DNA of 64,000 nt, taken from the NCBI GenBank assembly GCA_038087875.1, contig CM075989.1:7938001-8002000 (forward strand), written 5' to 3'. The stretch's first letter is position 1; every line of letters begins with the position of its first letter. Under the pieces are notes generated by a model. It saw only the letters and a program-made list of their open reading frames with translations. It ran no database searches and was not told the origin of the DNA. This DNA comes from Malacoraja senta (lineage: Eukaryota). Made by a program: the position numbers and the translations under genes. Positions 38,061-51,095 of this stretch are shown in pieces.

Positions 38061-38744
38061 TTCACACAGTAAAATGAACCAAGCCATTTCACAAAACCAT
38101 GAAGAAGGGTTTCGACCCAAAACGTTGCCTATTCCCTTCGCTCCATAGATGCTGCCTCACCCGCTGAGTTTCTCCAGCACTTTTGTCTAACCTCACAAAA
38201 CCATAAATATGCGGTATGAAACACATAACCAAATAAAAGGCTTACAGGGAGAAGGCTTTCCCTTTTATTTAGTCAATGAGCTGAGTTTTGAAGAACGACT
38301 TTAACGGGGAAGAGTTATAGTGAGGTTGAGGGAAAGAATTCCAGAGCTCTGGATATGGCCTGTATCCAAACTGGTTTGCAATTAAAATCAGAGAGTGTCA
38401 AGGTTGGAGGGTGCAGAATGATGCAGAGATTACCACATTCAATTTAGCACCAATGCTGAATAATTGAAGGGTGGAGAAACACCTCTGTTTTTGGATTCCT
38501 ACACCAGTTTCTATTTTGCCATGATTTCCTCAAGTAAATATTGGGCATGAGCTGATTTAACCAAAAAAAAAGTTCATATAAGGCTTGCTGATGAGGGAAT
38601 ATGCATTTGAGATTGGCACTCGAGTATGCTCAAATCATATATCATTGTGAATGTAAGTTTTAAAAAATGTATACAAAACTCTTAAGAGGGGATGTTCAAG
38701 ATTTTTTGCTCTCAACTTAAAATCTTGTTTACCTACTTCCTCCT

Positions 38745-39180
38745 ACAGAGACATGCCCGCTCAGGAATTTGAAGTTGTCGACTCTCCACCACCGACCCAA
38801 CGTTTGTGGATCCTCAGCCTTTATTTTCTGAAGTCAACATTCACCTCCTTGGTCTTGCTTACATTGCAAGGTTGTTGTTCTGGCACCATTCAATCAGACG
38901 ATCGATCTCATTCCTATACTCTGACTCATTACCCGTAACTCATCCAACAATGGTGGTGTCGTCAACAAATTTAGAGATGGAGGTGGAACTGTGCCCGGCT
39001 ACACTGTCATGGGTAGAGCAGTGAGTAGAGCAGTGGACTGAGCACACATCCTAGAGGTGCTCCAATGCTGATGGTTATGAATGAAGAGGTGTTGTTGCCA
39101 ATTTGTTCTGATTGTGTTCTGTTGATGAGGAAGTCGAGGATCTAGTTGCAAAGGAAGTGCGGAGACCCAGTTCCCTGCAC
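38745..39180 (-). mobile_element. Rex1/Babar-like LINE RT fragment
   Basis: Minus strand encodes ...KFVDDTTIVG... (YADD-equivalent region). Confidence 0.72.
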
Positions 39181-40236
39181 GGTCATAGGTATAGAGTGAG
39201 TAGAACTGTGACTCAGAGTGAATTCACTTGTGTTTCCACTCTGACTTCAGTATCATTAGCTAAATGTCACTAACATTTAACACCTGTTTCTACTCAGAGC
39301 ATAATCATGCAAATTCTTTATTATACATTAACATTAACCCTGGCTTTAGTAAGTGGAGAGAGATCCTAAGCTGCTTAATCATAACACATAGAGAACATTG
39401 TTGGTTCAAGAACTGCACCAGTACTTTGGGCACAAAACTAGCTGATACTCCATTGCAAGACTGAGGAACGCTGCAAAATCAAGGGAGCTGCCCATCCGAT
39501 GAGAGGGGCTAAAGGAGATGAGTTAAAATGAGATAAGTTAAATCCCAGCTGCATCTGCCCTCTCAGTAGACTGTAAAATATGCCAGGGCACTGTTCTGAA
39601 GGAGCGGTGGAGATCTTTCTGGTGCCTTGGCCAACACATATGATTCCTACACAACATTACAACAATAGATGTCCTGGTCACTGGCATTGTCACTATGCTG
39701 TCCACAAAATGGACACCGTCTCATACAGTATTTGGCGACAATTACTACCTATCAAACATTAGTTAACTGCCACCAAAGCATTTCCAAATCACCTGAAATG
39801 CACAATAAAGGTGCAAGATTTTGTTTCAGTGCTGAGATCTTGAAGTTCTTGTTTGAATCATATAAAAGGAAGGATAAGATGAATTGAATAGTCTCCAAAT
39901 GGGTCTTTGTAATCCATATAAAATAGCTCTGGCAACCCACAGCTCTGGCAGGCTATCAGTGTTCCTATTTATTAAGAAGGGTGGAGTTCACCTAGATGTG
40001 TGATACAACAGATATGATGAGTGAGCATGGCCGTCTTCCCATCATGGAGAGGTGGAACAGTTGAGAAGATGCTGATGGTATTGCGGTATGAGTTTGTTTC
40101 ATGCACAAGTACTGTATTGGATAAGTTGCGCTCCCAACCTGTTCATAGTTTGCTCACATTTCCATTATTTCACTCTCCATGTGCACTGCTGACATTCATA
40201 GCTCCCTAACCTTGCAAAAATGAGCAATATATTTGA

Positions 40237-40535
40237 GCGGCACAGCTGATGGAGCTGCTGCCTGGAGACCCGGCTTCGTTCCTGACCCCTGGGTACAGTC
40301 TGTGTGAAGTTTACAGATGTGACCACATGGGATTCCTTCGGATGCTCCGGTTTCCTCCCACATCCCAAAGACGTGCGGGTGTGTAGGTTAATTGGCCACT
40401 GTCAATTGCCCCTGTAAGAAGTGGATAAGAAAGTGGGATGACATAGAACTAGTGTGAACAGGTGATCGATGGTCGGTGTAGACTCGGCAGGCCAAAGGGC
40501 CACTTCCCATGCTGTATCTCGAGACTAAACTAAAT
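40237..40535 (+). mobile_element. tRNA-derived SINE (HE1/V-SINE-like)
   Basis: Same family. Confidence 0.82.
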
Positions 40536-42260
40536 TGATTTTGTGGTGGGGTGTAGTGGAAGGTGAAGGAAAAAAATGAAAACATGATCCCTGTGTGATT
40601 GAAGTCACACTTCAGAGTTAAGTTGTGCAATGTGGGCTTGATGGAGATAGCCAAGAGATGTATAATGTGATGCTGCTTCTCTTGAGATGTTGCCTCTATT
40701 TTCTTCCAGGATAGTTTTATCAGTCTGCAGCAGGTGGCTTGCCTTTGATTTCAGTCACAGAGGTCTTGCTTATATTAAAAAAGCAAGAAAAATGTATTCA
40801 CCGTTACGGTGTCAAAAAAAAATCAGACCGCAGGGAACCTTGCTAACGTGATCTCTAAACCTCCACTATGGAGGATAGGGAAAAGTTACTGGACCAACAT
40901 AGAGAAGATTGGTGTACGATCTAATGATGCAGTTGAATCACACTACAACAAGTGGAGGTCCCTTACATTTAATTAATTAAATAAATCTGGATTTAGAATC
41001 TAGTCATAATAAATCTACTGGATTGTTTGCTGAAACAAAAGATGGTTCCCGACTGAAAAAAATCACCCATCCATTCCCTCCACAGATGCTACCTGAGCTG
41101 CTGAGTTCCTCCAGCACTTTGTATTTTTCCCCTCAAGATTTCAGCATCTGCAGTTCCTTGTGTCTACATTTCCTTTAACGTCTTTCGAGACCTGCCCTCC
41201 TTTACAAGTCTCACCAAGTGCCTTTAGGTCCAGAAATGTTATTTACTTTGAACTAAATTTCAGTTTAATCTACACAAAATTGTCTGGCAAGCCACTCAAT
41301 TCAAGGCCAATTAGTGGGGGAGACCCAGTGCTAGTGTGTTGCTGAGGTTCACATCTCTTGAACAATTGAACAGCGCAAATGTTTACAATCCCTGTAAAGT
41401 GGCTCATGGCTTAACATCTTTTCCAGGGATATTAAGACAAACAATGAAGGTGTATAGGAAGGAATTGCAGATGCTGGTTTACACCGAAGATAGACGCATA
41501 AAGTTGGAGTAACTCAGCGGATCAGGTTTCATCTCTGGAGAAAAGGAATAGGTGACTTTTCGGGTCGAGACCCTTCTTCGGACTGAGAGTCAGGGGAGAG
41601 GGAAATGAGAGATATGAAAAGGTACAAAGAACAAATGAATGAAAGCTCTGATGTTCCCAGATGTTCAAACACATCTGCAGCTTCCTATTGTGGAAATGTT
41701 CCTGAACCATAATGGAATCAATTCCTTGTTTCTACAAGCTGGAATGTTACATACAGTTCTTGTTACAACACTACTGGAAGAATATTATTGCACTAGAGTG
41801 AGGTTAGAAGATCTACATGTTGCCAAATTGGAGAAAACAGGTTATGAGGAAAGAATGCATTACTGAGATTGTTTCCTTTAGAACAAAGGAGAAGGACAGA
41901 GATTTAAATCGGGTATATAAAACTGAGAGCCAAGACGGTCTGTAGAGGGAGATCCTATTTTCCATAACAATGAGGTGAAGAACTTTGAATAAATAGGTTT
42001 AAGGTGATTGGTAAACTGATGAGCTGAGAGGAAAATCTTTCATTCAAAGCAGCACAGCTGGTCGAGGTACTGCCTCAAGTGCCAGAGACCCAGGTTCGAT
42101 CCTGACCTCGGGTGCTGTCAGTGTGGAGTTTGTACATTCCCTCTGTGACCAGTTGGCTTTCCTCCGGGTGCTCCGGTTTTCTCCCACATCCCAAAGATGT
42201 GCGGGTTTGTAAGTTAGTTGGCCTCTGTAAATCCCCCCCTAGTGGTGTAGGGTTAGGATA

Positions 42261-43680
42261 ATAGAAACATAGAAACATAGAAATTAGGTGCAGGAGTAGG
42301 CCATTCGGCCCTTCGAGCCTGCACCGCCATTCAATATGATCATGGCTGATCATCCAACTCAGTATCCCGTACCTGCCTTCTCTCCATACCCTCTGATCCC
42401 TTTAGCCACAAGGGCCACATCTAGCTCTCTCTTAAATATAGCCAATGAACTGGCCTCGACTACCCTCTGTGGCAGAGAGTTCCAGAGATTCACCACTCTC
42501 TGTGTGAAAAAAGTTCTTCTCATCTCGGTTTTAAAGGATTTCCCCCTTATCCTTAAGCTGTGACCCCTTGTCCTGGACTTCCCCAACATCGGGAGCAATC
42601 TTCCTGCATCTAGCCTGTCCAACCCCTTAAGAATTTTGTAAGTTTCTATAAGATCCCCTCTCAATCTCCTAAATTCTAGAGAGTATAAACCAAGTCTATC
42701 CAGTCTTTCTTCATAAGACAGTCCTGACATCCCAGGAATCAGTCTGGTGAACCTTCTCTGCACTCCCTCTATGGCAATAATGTCCTTCCTCAGATTTGGA
42801 GACCAAAACTGTACGCAATACTCCAGGTGTGGTCTCACCAAGACCCTGTACAACTGCAGTAGAACCTCCCTGCTCCTATACTCAAATCCTTTTGCTATGA
42901 AAGCTAACATACCATTCGCTTTCTTCACTGCCTGCTGCACCTGCATGCCTACTTTCAATGACTGGTGTACCATGACACCCAGGTCTCGCTGCATCTCCCC
43001 TTTTCCTAGTCGGCCACCATTTAGAAAATAGTCTGCTTTCCTGTTTTTGCCACCAAAATGGATAACCTCTCATTTATCCACATTATACTGCATCTGCCAA
43101 ACATTTGCCCACTCACCCAGCCTATCCAAGTCACCTTGCAGTCTCCTAGCATCCTCCTCACAGCTAACACTGCCCCCCAGCTTAGTGTCATCCGCAAACA
43201 TGGAGATATTGCCTTCAATTCCCTCATCCAGGTCATTAATATATATTGTAAATAGCTGGGGTCCCAGCACTGAGCCTTGCGGTACCCCACTAGTCACTGC
43301 CTGCCATTGTGAAAAGGACCCGTTTACTCCTACTCTTTGCTTCCTGTTTGCCAGCCAGTTCTCTATCCACATCAATACTGAACCCCCAAAGCCATGTGCT
43401 TTAAGTTTGTATACTAATCTCTTATGTGGGACCTTGTCGAAAGCCTTCTGAAAGTCCAGATACAACACATCCACTGGTTCTCCCCTATCCACGCTACTAG
43501 TTACATCCTCGAAAAATTCTATAAGATTCGTCAGACATGATTTACCTTTCGTAAATCCATGCTGACTTTGTCCAATGATTTCACCACTTTCCAAATGTGC
43601 TGCTATCCCATCTTTAATAACTGACTCTAGCAGTTTCCCCACTACCGATGTTAGACTAACTGGTCTGTAATTCCCCGTTT
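42261..43680 (-). mobile_element. CR1 LINE, 5'-truncated, young
   Basis: RT motifs QHGF, YLDFQKAFDKVPH, GVPQGSVLGP, FADDTK; C-terminal [13 protein letters not shown]; one frameshift near 43070; 3' UTR with (TTTCTATG)n tail. Inserted within a SINE (42047-42260 / 43681-43780). Confidence 0.96.
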
Positions 43681-44949
43681 AATAAAGTGGGATAACATTG
43701 AACAAGTGTCGACGGGTGATTGGTGGTCAGCATGGACTCGGTGGGCCGTAGGGCCTGTTCCCATGCTGTATCTTTCAATTGGGGCTTCAGAGTAGGAGAT
43801 GTATGAAAGGTGATGGAGATGGAAACCACATCACATTTAAAAAACATCTATACAAGGACTAGTGGTGATGTAGTATTCACCAAGAGCTACAAATGGAATT
43901 AGTCTAAATATATTAGGGTAAATTGAGTGGCTCTTTCTGTGCTATAAATTCCTTTGATCCTTAATCATTAACTGGCTGTTTGTAGTTTATGGGTTCTCAT
44001 TGTTCAAAAAGTCACAAATAAATTAACTGGCACGTTTCTATGCAAGGCATAATAGGAATCGGTTTTTTACTGAAGCCAAAGCAATCAGCGGTGTTTCCTT
44101 TATCATTGTTACTTTTTTGCTTATCTTTCATTCATTGTTCTTTATCTCTCTACATCATCGTCTATATCTCTCGCTTCCATTTCCCCTGACTAGTCCGAAG
44201 AAGGGTCTCGACCCGAAACGTCACCCATTCCTTCTCTCCAGAGATGCTGCCTGTCCCACTGAGTTACTCCAGCTTTTTGCGTCTATAATCAGTGATGAAT
44301 ATGTTCTATCTCAACGGGGCACAGTGGTTAGGTTTTGCGGTAAAGGATGAAAATACTGCCTCAGAGAAGACGCTTGGAGACTTCTTTCCCGCACCTCAGT
44401 CAAGCGCCGCCGCCTTCGAGTTTTACTGGTGTCTTTCAGCAATGAATGACAGTCCTACAATCACACATAGACCCAGAGCTGGGCGATAGCATTTCCCCCG
44501 TCCGTTTTCTACCCTGAGATACTGAGCCGAGCCGTGAAAACTGCACTCTTTGGCGAGGTAAAGAATTCCATGAATATGAAACCACGGTTGTATAACAAAG
44601 TCCTTACTCTTCTTAAAACGCACCCGCTTTCCTCCAGTGATCATATCAATGCATTGAATGCAAAAATCGATTCAAATAATGCACATTACCAAAGAGTGCC
44701 ACACACCAGCAAAACCCCAAGAGCCAAACTTGGGGTTTTGTTCTGCATTGCCCCCAAAACTCCCACTGACGGACCGGGGATAATATGCCTCCCTGGTCGA
44801 GTAGATAAATCAGATAATGTACCTGAAATTACTGTCTGAAAGTGAAGACAGTACCCAGCCGGGAAAAAAAAATCATTTTGCAATGAATGAACTTGATTTT
44901 TTTTTAAGATCGCATCGTTCTCAAATGTTCTTTTAGCTTTTAAGCTGCT

Positions 44950-45215
44950 ACTTACGTTTTGGCGAAATTGACATATTCCGCAAGTGCTGAGACTTGAATT
45001 CCCACCGAGTGAATTTTGCAACATACAGTGGATACAATTCGGGGCCCTCCTGAAACTGTCAGGGGGGCGTGCTCTATGCTGTCAACAAAGGACAGCCAAG
45101 CGGAGGGGCCTTTCAATGCCGATTGATTGCAGGAAAGACCAATCGTCGCAGTCAGTGCAATGATTGCCAGAAGGAGATGTGGTCCAATGACGGATGAAGC
45201 AGGCGGGCATTTGGT
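44950..45215 (-). promoter_or_regulatory. candidate KLHL25 promoter and non-coding exon 1
   Basis: Unique, CpG-containing stretch upstream of the KLHL25 coding exon. Minus-strand donor GTAAGT at 44955-44950; CCAAT boxes at about 45139 and 45184; GC-box-like motifs. ENC1/KLHL25 genes have a non-coding first exon. Confidence 0.4.
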
Positions 45216-45301
45216 GGCTTTGAGAAAACCACACCCATTTGCCAAGTTTAAGTGTAGGAAGCAAAGATACTAGAGGAATATCTTTGGAAGGAACTACAGA
45301 T

Positions 45302-45331
45302 CAAAGATCATAGAGCGCTCTATGATCTTTG
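45302..45331. mobile_element. 30-bp perfect palindrome with 8-bp TSD (candidate P-type transposon footprint)
   Basis: ctacagat-[caaagatcatagagc gctctatgatctttg]-ctacagat. Confidence 0.75.
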
Positions 45332-45687
45332 CTACAGATGCTGGTTTACACCCAAGAGAGACACAAAAAGCTGGAGTAACTCAGTGGGACGGGCAGCATC
45401 TCAGGAATGGGTGATATTTTGGGTTGAGACCCTTCTGACTGGTGTCACCCATTCCTTTTCTCCAGAGATGTTGCCTGTCCCACTGAGTTTCTTCAGCATT
45501 TTGTGTCTACGCCTAGTTTAAGTGTTGGCTGAATTAATCGGCTGATCAGCGCCTCGCTCTCATAACCGTTCCCCAGCAAGAAATCTGTTCATCTACTGAG
45601 AGCTGTATTTGCAAACCCAGCCCTCCTTTTTGGGTGGAGAATTCCGAATTTTCACTCACCCTGTGAGACAGGAATGAAGAAGATTGG

Positions 45688-46080
45688 AAATGAGTGGTGA
45701 ACACCCCCCAGTCCATCACAGGTACTGACCTCCCCACCATCGAAGAGATCTGCAAGAGTCGATGCCTCAAAAGGTCAGCCAGCATCATCAGAGACCCACA
45801 ATCTCATTTCACTCCTGCCTTCGGGGAGAAGATATAGGAGCCTGAAAACTGTAACGTCCAGATTCAGGAGCAGCTTCTTCCCTACTACCATCGGGCTATT
45901 AGACACTACAATCTCCAAATAGGTTCTGAACTATATAGACTTGGGGACAATATTTTTGACTGCGCTACTATTGTCTATTTATTTGTCTTTTTTAATATAT
46001 TCGGAACTTTTTTTTGTTTATTATCCATTTTAAGATATGTTTACAGATCTGTTGTGCTGCTGCAAGTAAGAATTTTACTC
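45688..46080 (+). mobile_element. Rex1/Babar-like LINE 3' end
   Basis: gtggtgaacacccccagtccatcacaggtactgacctccccaccatcga... plus 3' UTR. Confidence 0.72.
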
Positions 46081-46291
46081 TAATCGTTGTTACTGCACAC
46101 TGGTTAGAGCTCATCCCTCACAGCACCAGACACACAGGGTCAGTCTTGAGCTTAGACGCTGCCTGTGTAGAGTTTGCCTGATCTCCCTGTGGGTTTCCTC
46201 TGGTGTCATAGATTTATTCAGCATAGAAACAGGCCCCGTGGCCCAACCTGGTCATGCCGACCAATATGCCTTACCCTCACCAAAACACTAG

Positions 46292-47656
46292 CTTGGAAAC
46301 TTTCCAATCAGGTTTTAGGGCTCACCACAGCACAGAGTCTGCCTTGTTGAAGGTACATAATGACCTACTGCTCACCGTTGACTCTGGCGACTGTGCAATC
46401 CTGCTCCTTCTTGACCTCAGCGCAGCATTTGATACTGTCGACCACACCATCCTAATTGACCGTCTCCGGTACGGGGTTGGTATTTTGATGGCACTGCCCT
46501 GAGCTGGTTCATCTCCTACCTCAAAGGTAGGAGTTTCTCGACTAACATAGGCAACTCTTTCTCCTCCCCAGCTAATCTCTGCTGTGGGGTTCCACAAGGT
46601 TCCATCCTTGGCCCCATTCTCTTCTCCCTGTATATGCTCCCCTTAGGCCAAGTCATTGAAAGGCACGGCATTTCCTTCCATTGCTACACAGACGATACAC
46701 AACTCTATCTCCCCCTGAAGCCCAAAAACCAATCAAATCTGCTTAACCTTACCCACTGCCTCGAGGATATAAAGTGTTGGATGGCCCAGAACTTCCTCCA
46801 ACCAAGCGAGAGTAAGTCTGAGGTCATCCTTCTCGGCCCCTCGGACTCAATCAAAATGATAGCAGGCAGCCTTGGAAGCCTTACCCCACTACTCAAACCT
46901 CACGTCAAAAACCTTGGCGTGATATTTGACTCAGTGCTGAAATTTGACAAATGTCAATGCCGTGGTAAAAGCTAGCTTCTTTCAGCTTCGGACGATAGCT
47001 AAAATAAAACAATTCCTCCACTTTGATGACCTCGAAAAGATCATCCACACATTTATCTCCTCCCGCCTAGATTACTGCAACTCCCTTTACACTGGCATCA
47101 GCCAATCTTCCCTGTCCCGCCTGCAACTGGTCCAAAACGCCGCAGCGAGACTCCTGACGGGCACCCGAAAAAGGGACCACATCACCCCGATCCTGACCTC
47201 TTTCCACTGGCTCCCTGTGCAGTTCCGTATACATATCAAGATCCTCCTCTATGTCTACAAAGCCCTCAATGGGCTTGCCCCCACCTACATTAAAAGTCTT
47301 CTCACCCACCACTCCACCTTCAGGTCCCTCAAATCGGCCGACTTGGGGTTGCTGAATATCCCGCGGTCTAGGCATAAGCTCAGGGGCGACCGCACCTTTG
47401 CGGTTGCAGCTCCTAGACTGTGGAACAGCATCCCCCTTCCCATCAGAACTGCCCCCTCCATCGACTCCTTTAAGTCAAGACTAAAAACGTATCTATGCTC
47501 CCAAGCCTTTCTTGACGTCCTCTGAGCGAGGGCTATATGTATATATGTATGTAGTTTGTTTGTTTATATTATTCTTATAACAAATGTAAAGCACTTTGGC
47601 CAACGAGAGTTGTTTTTTAAATGTGCTATATAAATAAATGTGACTTGACGACTTGA
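46292..47656 (+). mobile_element. L2-clade LINE, 5'-truncated, frameshifted
   Basis: FQSGFRAHHSTESALL, LLLLDLSAAFDTVDH, GVPQGSILGP, HCYTDDTQLY, SRLDYCNSL, LQLVQNAAARLL, HWLPV; tail aataaatgtgacttgac. Confidence 0.94.
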
Positions 47657-49904
47657 ATATAGCTTCATGAACTAGTCCCATTTGTCTGCATTTGGACCAT
47701 ATACCTCTGAACCTTTCCTATCGATGACCCTGTCCAAATGTCTTTTAGACATTGTTCCTGTCCCATGCTCTACCACTTCCTCTGGCAGCTTGTTCCACAT
47801 ATCTAGCACGGTGCTAGTCCCGCATTCCAAAGATGTGACCATTGGTAGTTTAGTTTAGGTTAGTTTAGAGATACAGCATGGAAACAGGATCTTTGGCTCA
47901 CCGAGTCTGCGCCGACCAGCGATCACCTGTACACTAGTTACATGGTTAAAGTGGTTAGCAACCGGGAGATCCGGTAGGTCTTGATGGACCGAGTGCAAGT
48001 GTTCAGCAAAATTGCCGCTGAGTCTATGCTTTGTCTTCCCGATGCACAGAAGCCAACATAGGGAACACCGACAGGATGCAGTAGACGAGGTTAGAGGAGT
48101 TGCATGTTACATTAACTTAGGTTTAGGTTTGTTATTTTCACGTACAGAGGTACTTTGAAAAGCATTGTTTTGCATACTGTCCAATTGGATCAGATAATAC
48201 TATACATAAATACAATCAAACCAAACTCAAGTACAATAGGTAGAGCTAACTTGTGACAGTGCAGACCTGCCTTTGTACTGCACAAGTATCTGTCCATATT
48301 ATTTTTGCTCAAGTCTCTGGATTGGGAATTGAATCCACTAATTATTTTCCCAAAGGCAAGGATGTTACCCAAGAGGCCACATTAACCTATTAAGCTGTTA
48401 TTACCTGTGCTAAATAAAGAATTTGATGGAGAGAGTTAACTAATGGTACATCAAACTCTATCCATTCCTGCTTTCATGTTCAATACATTTCAGAATGGTC
48501 TAGTTAAGCCTGGTGGGTGTGGACTTAACTTCAAAGCCATAGCAAATTATTGAGATAGTCTTTAAAACAGCAGTGCTCTCATGGGACTCAGAAGCTGCAG
48601 GCGCAGAAGTGGGTGAGCATTTTTTATAATCTGTCCTTTGCTGGCATTCCTGCCTCAGGGCCAGAGAGCGCAGTCAGCAAGAAGTCACCTGCGTTTATTC
48701 TCCTGGAATTACATGGAAATCTTCAGTAAAGCCCAGCATCAAAGCTGACATTTGGCTCAAATGATTGAAGAGATTCAAACATTAATGACACGTTCTTATA
48801 ACCAAACCGAAATGTCTGCGCCTCTGGCAATTATTAACGTCAAACTTTCCTAGGAGTGTATGTTTACTGCATTGATCGCAATTCAGGTGGAAATATTCAC
48901 TTCTGCTAGTGGTACAGCAAGGCTCAGGGTCAGATTTCTAGTTCAGGTTTAGGTTTAATATTGTCACATGTGCCGAGGTACAGTGATAAGGTTTGTTTTG
49001 CTTATCCAAAAAGATTAGATATACCATACATAGATACAATCACTTCAAACTCAAATACAATAGATAGAGCAAAGGGGAAAATACAGAGTGTAGTACTCAA
49101 CATTGTAATGCGTCAATTCCTCAGACAAAGTCCAATGACTATAGGGTAGAGGTGAATCGAACAGTACCCTAGGTTATGGAGAGACTGTTCAGAGGTCTGA
49201 TAATTAAGGGGAAGAAGCTGTTCCTGAGTCTGGCGGTATTTTGCAGATTATGTTTGCATTTCTGAAATATTCTTACTCTTTAACGCCACGATATGTTAGG
49301 TTAAAATTAAAAATAACATTCTTTTATGTGAAGAGACGAGACTGCAGATGATGGAATCTTGAGCAAAACACAAAGTGCTGGAGGAACTCGGCGGGTCAGA
49401 CTGCATCCGTGGAGGGAATGGACAGACAATGTTTGAGGTCTGGACCCTTCTTCAGACTGATGGAGGAGGGGGAGAAAGCTGGGAAAGAGAGGTGCAGGCA
49501 GGACAAACCCTGGCATGTGATTGGACACAGGGCTCCAATCTGCATGAAAAGTGGTTTGTGTTTGATGGCTTGTTTGTGAATATGAGAAGGAATAAGGTAC
49601 AATTTCCTTTAGTTTCCTTGTATTTACTGATTAGTATGAGAATGGGTGGGTTTTTTTATCCATGATTACCCCATTGTTTCCAGTACAAAACCAAAATAGA
49701 AAATGCAGAAAATCTTCTGCAGGACAGGCAACATAACTGGAGAGAGAAATAGTCAATATTTAAAGTCAATTACCTCAAAAAGAGGTAATTTCTGCTTTTC
49801 TGCTTTTCTTTCAGATTCCCAACATCTCCAGAATCTAGTTTTTGACTTGGTCTCTGTTCCACAGCTCTATGATCTTTGCTTGAGACCGCCTGGCTGATGT
49901 TGGG

Positions 49905-50183
49905 AGATGACGGCCGGCAGTGGGCGCTGGCGGTCACCTGGCGATGAGGCGAGACGAGGCGCTGAGCCGCGGCTCTGACCTCCGGGCACGCGGTGGCGCT
50001 GTGCTCCCCCCGACCCGCCCCGCCCCACCGGAGAGGGATGGGGCCCCGCCCACCACTGACGTACACGCGTCGTGTCACGTTGAGGGCGAACGTGCCGACG
50101 TGGAGCGTCCTGGCCAATGGGGAGCGGCGGGAGGCGGGGCCAACGTGCGGCCCGTGAAGGAGCAGCGGCGACACGTGGTAGGT
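49905..50183 (+). promoter_or_regulatory. CpG-island promoter / short first exon
   Basis: CpG-dense unique sequence with GC boxes (ccgccc, ggcggggc), CCAAT at 50114, six ACGT cores, and a splice donor g|GTAGGT at 50178. Confidence 0.65.
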
Positions 50184-50193
50184 GAAGGGGCCG

Positions 50194-51095
50194 GGACACG
50201 GACACGGACACGGACACGGACACGGACACGGACACGGACACGGACACCCCCCCCCCACGGACACGGACACGGACACGGACACCCCCCCCCCACGGACACG
50301 GACACGGACACGGACACGGACACGGACACGGACACGGACACGGACACGGACACCCCCCCACGGACACGGACACGGACACGGTAGGTGAAGGGGCCGGGAC
50401 ACGGACACGGACACGGACACGGACACGGACACGGACACAGACCCCCCCCACGGACACGGACACGGACACGGACACGGACACGGACACAGACCCCCCCCCA
50501 CGGACACGGACACGGACACGGACACGGACACGGACACAGACCCCCCCCCACGGACACGGACACGGACACCCCCCACGGACACGGACACGGACACAGACCC
50601 CCCCCCACGGACACGGACACGGACACAGACCCCCCCCCACGGACACGGACACGGACACCCCCCCGTGACACGGACACGGACCCCCCCCGTGACACAGACC
50701 CCACAACATACCCCCCCCACGGACACCACAACACATCCCCCCCCCTCCCGTGACACGGACCCCCCCCCCCCCCGTGACACAGACCCCCCCCCCCCGTGAC
50801 ACGGACACCACAACACATCCCCCCCCCGTGACACAGACCCCACAACATACCCCCCCCCCCCCGTGACACGGACACGGACCCCCCCCCCCCCCGTGACACG
50901 GACACGGACCCCCCCCCCCCCCCGTGACACAGACCCCACAACATACCCCCCCCCCCCAGTGACACGGACACGGACCCCCCCCCCCCCCCAGTGACACGGA
51001 CACGGACCCCCCCGTGACACAGACCCCCCCCCCCCGTGACACGGACACCACAACACATCCCCCCCCCCCCCGTGACACAGACCCCACAACACACC
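50194..51095. repeat. (GGACAC)n tandem array with poly-C interruptions and higher-order units
   Basis: Directly visible. Pure ggacac runs grade into units such as gtgacacggacacggaCn, gtgacacagaccccacaacataCn and gtgacacggacaccacaacacatCn. Confidence 0.97.

Noticed and set aside
49920..50180. CpG-island ORF as TMED coding exon 1
   Set aside because: I saw no signal peptide or ELTFELPD/CF..FQ-type GOLD start in this sequence.
50194..51095. CRISPR-like repeat/spacer appearance
   Set aside because: No unique spacers, no cas genes, vertebrate context; it is a minisatellite.
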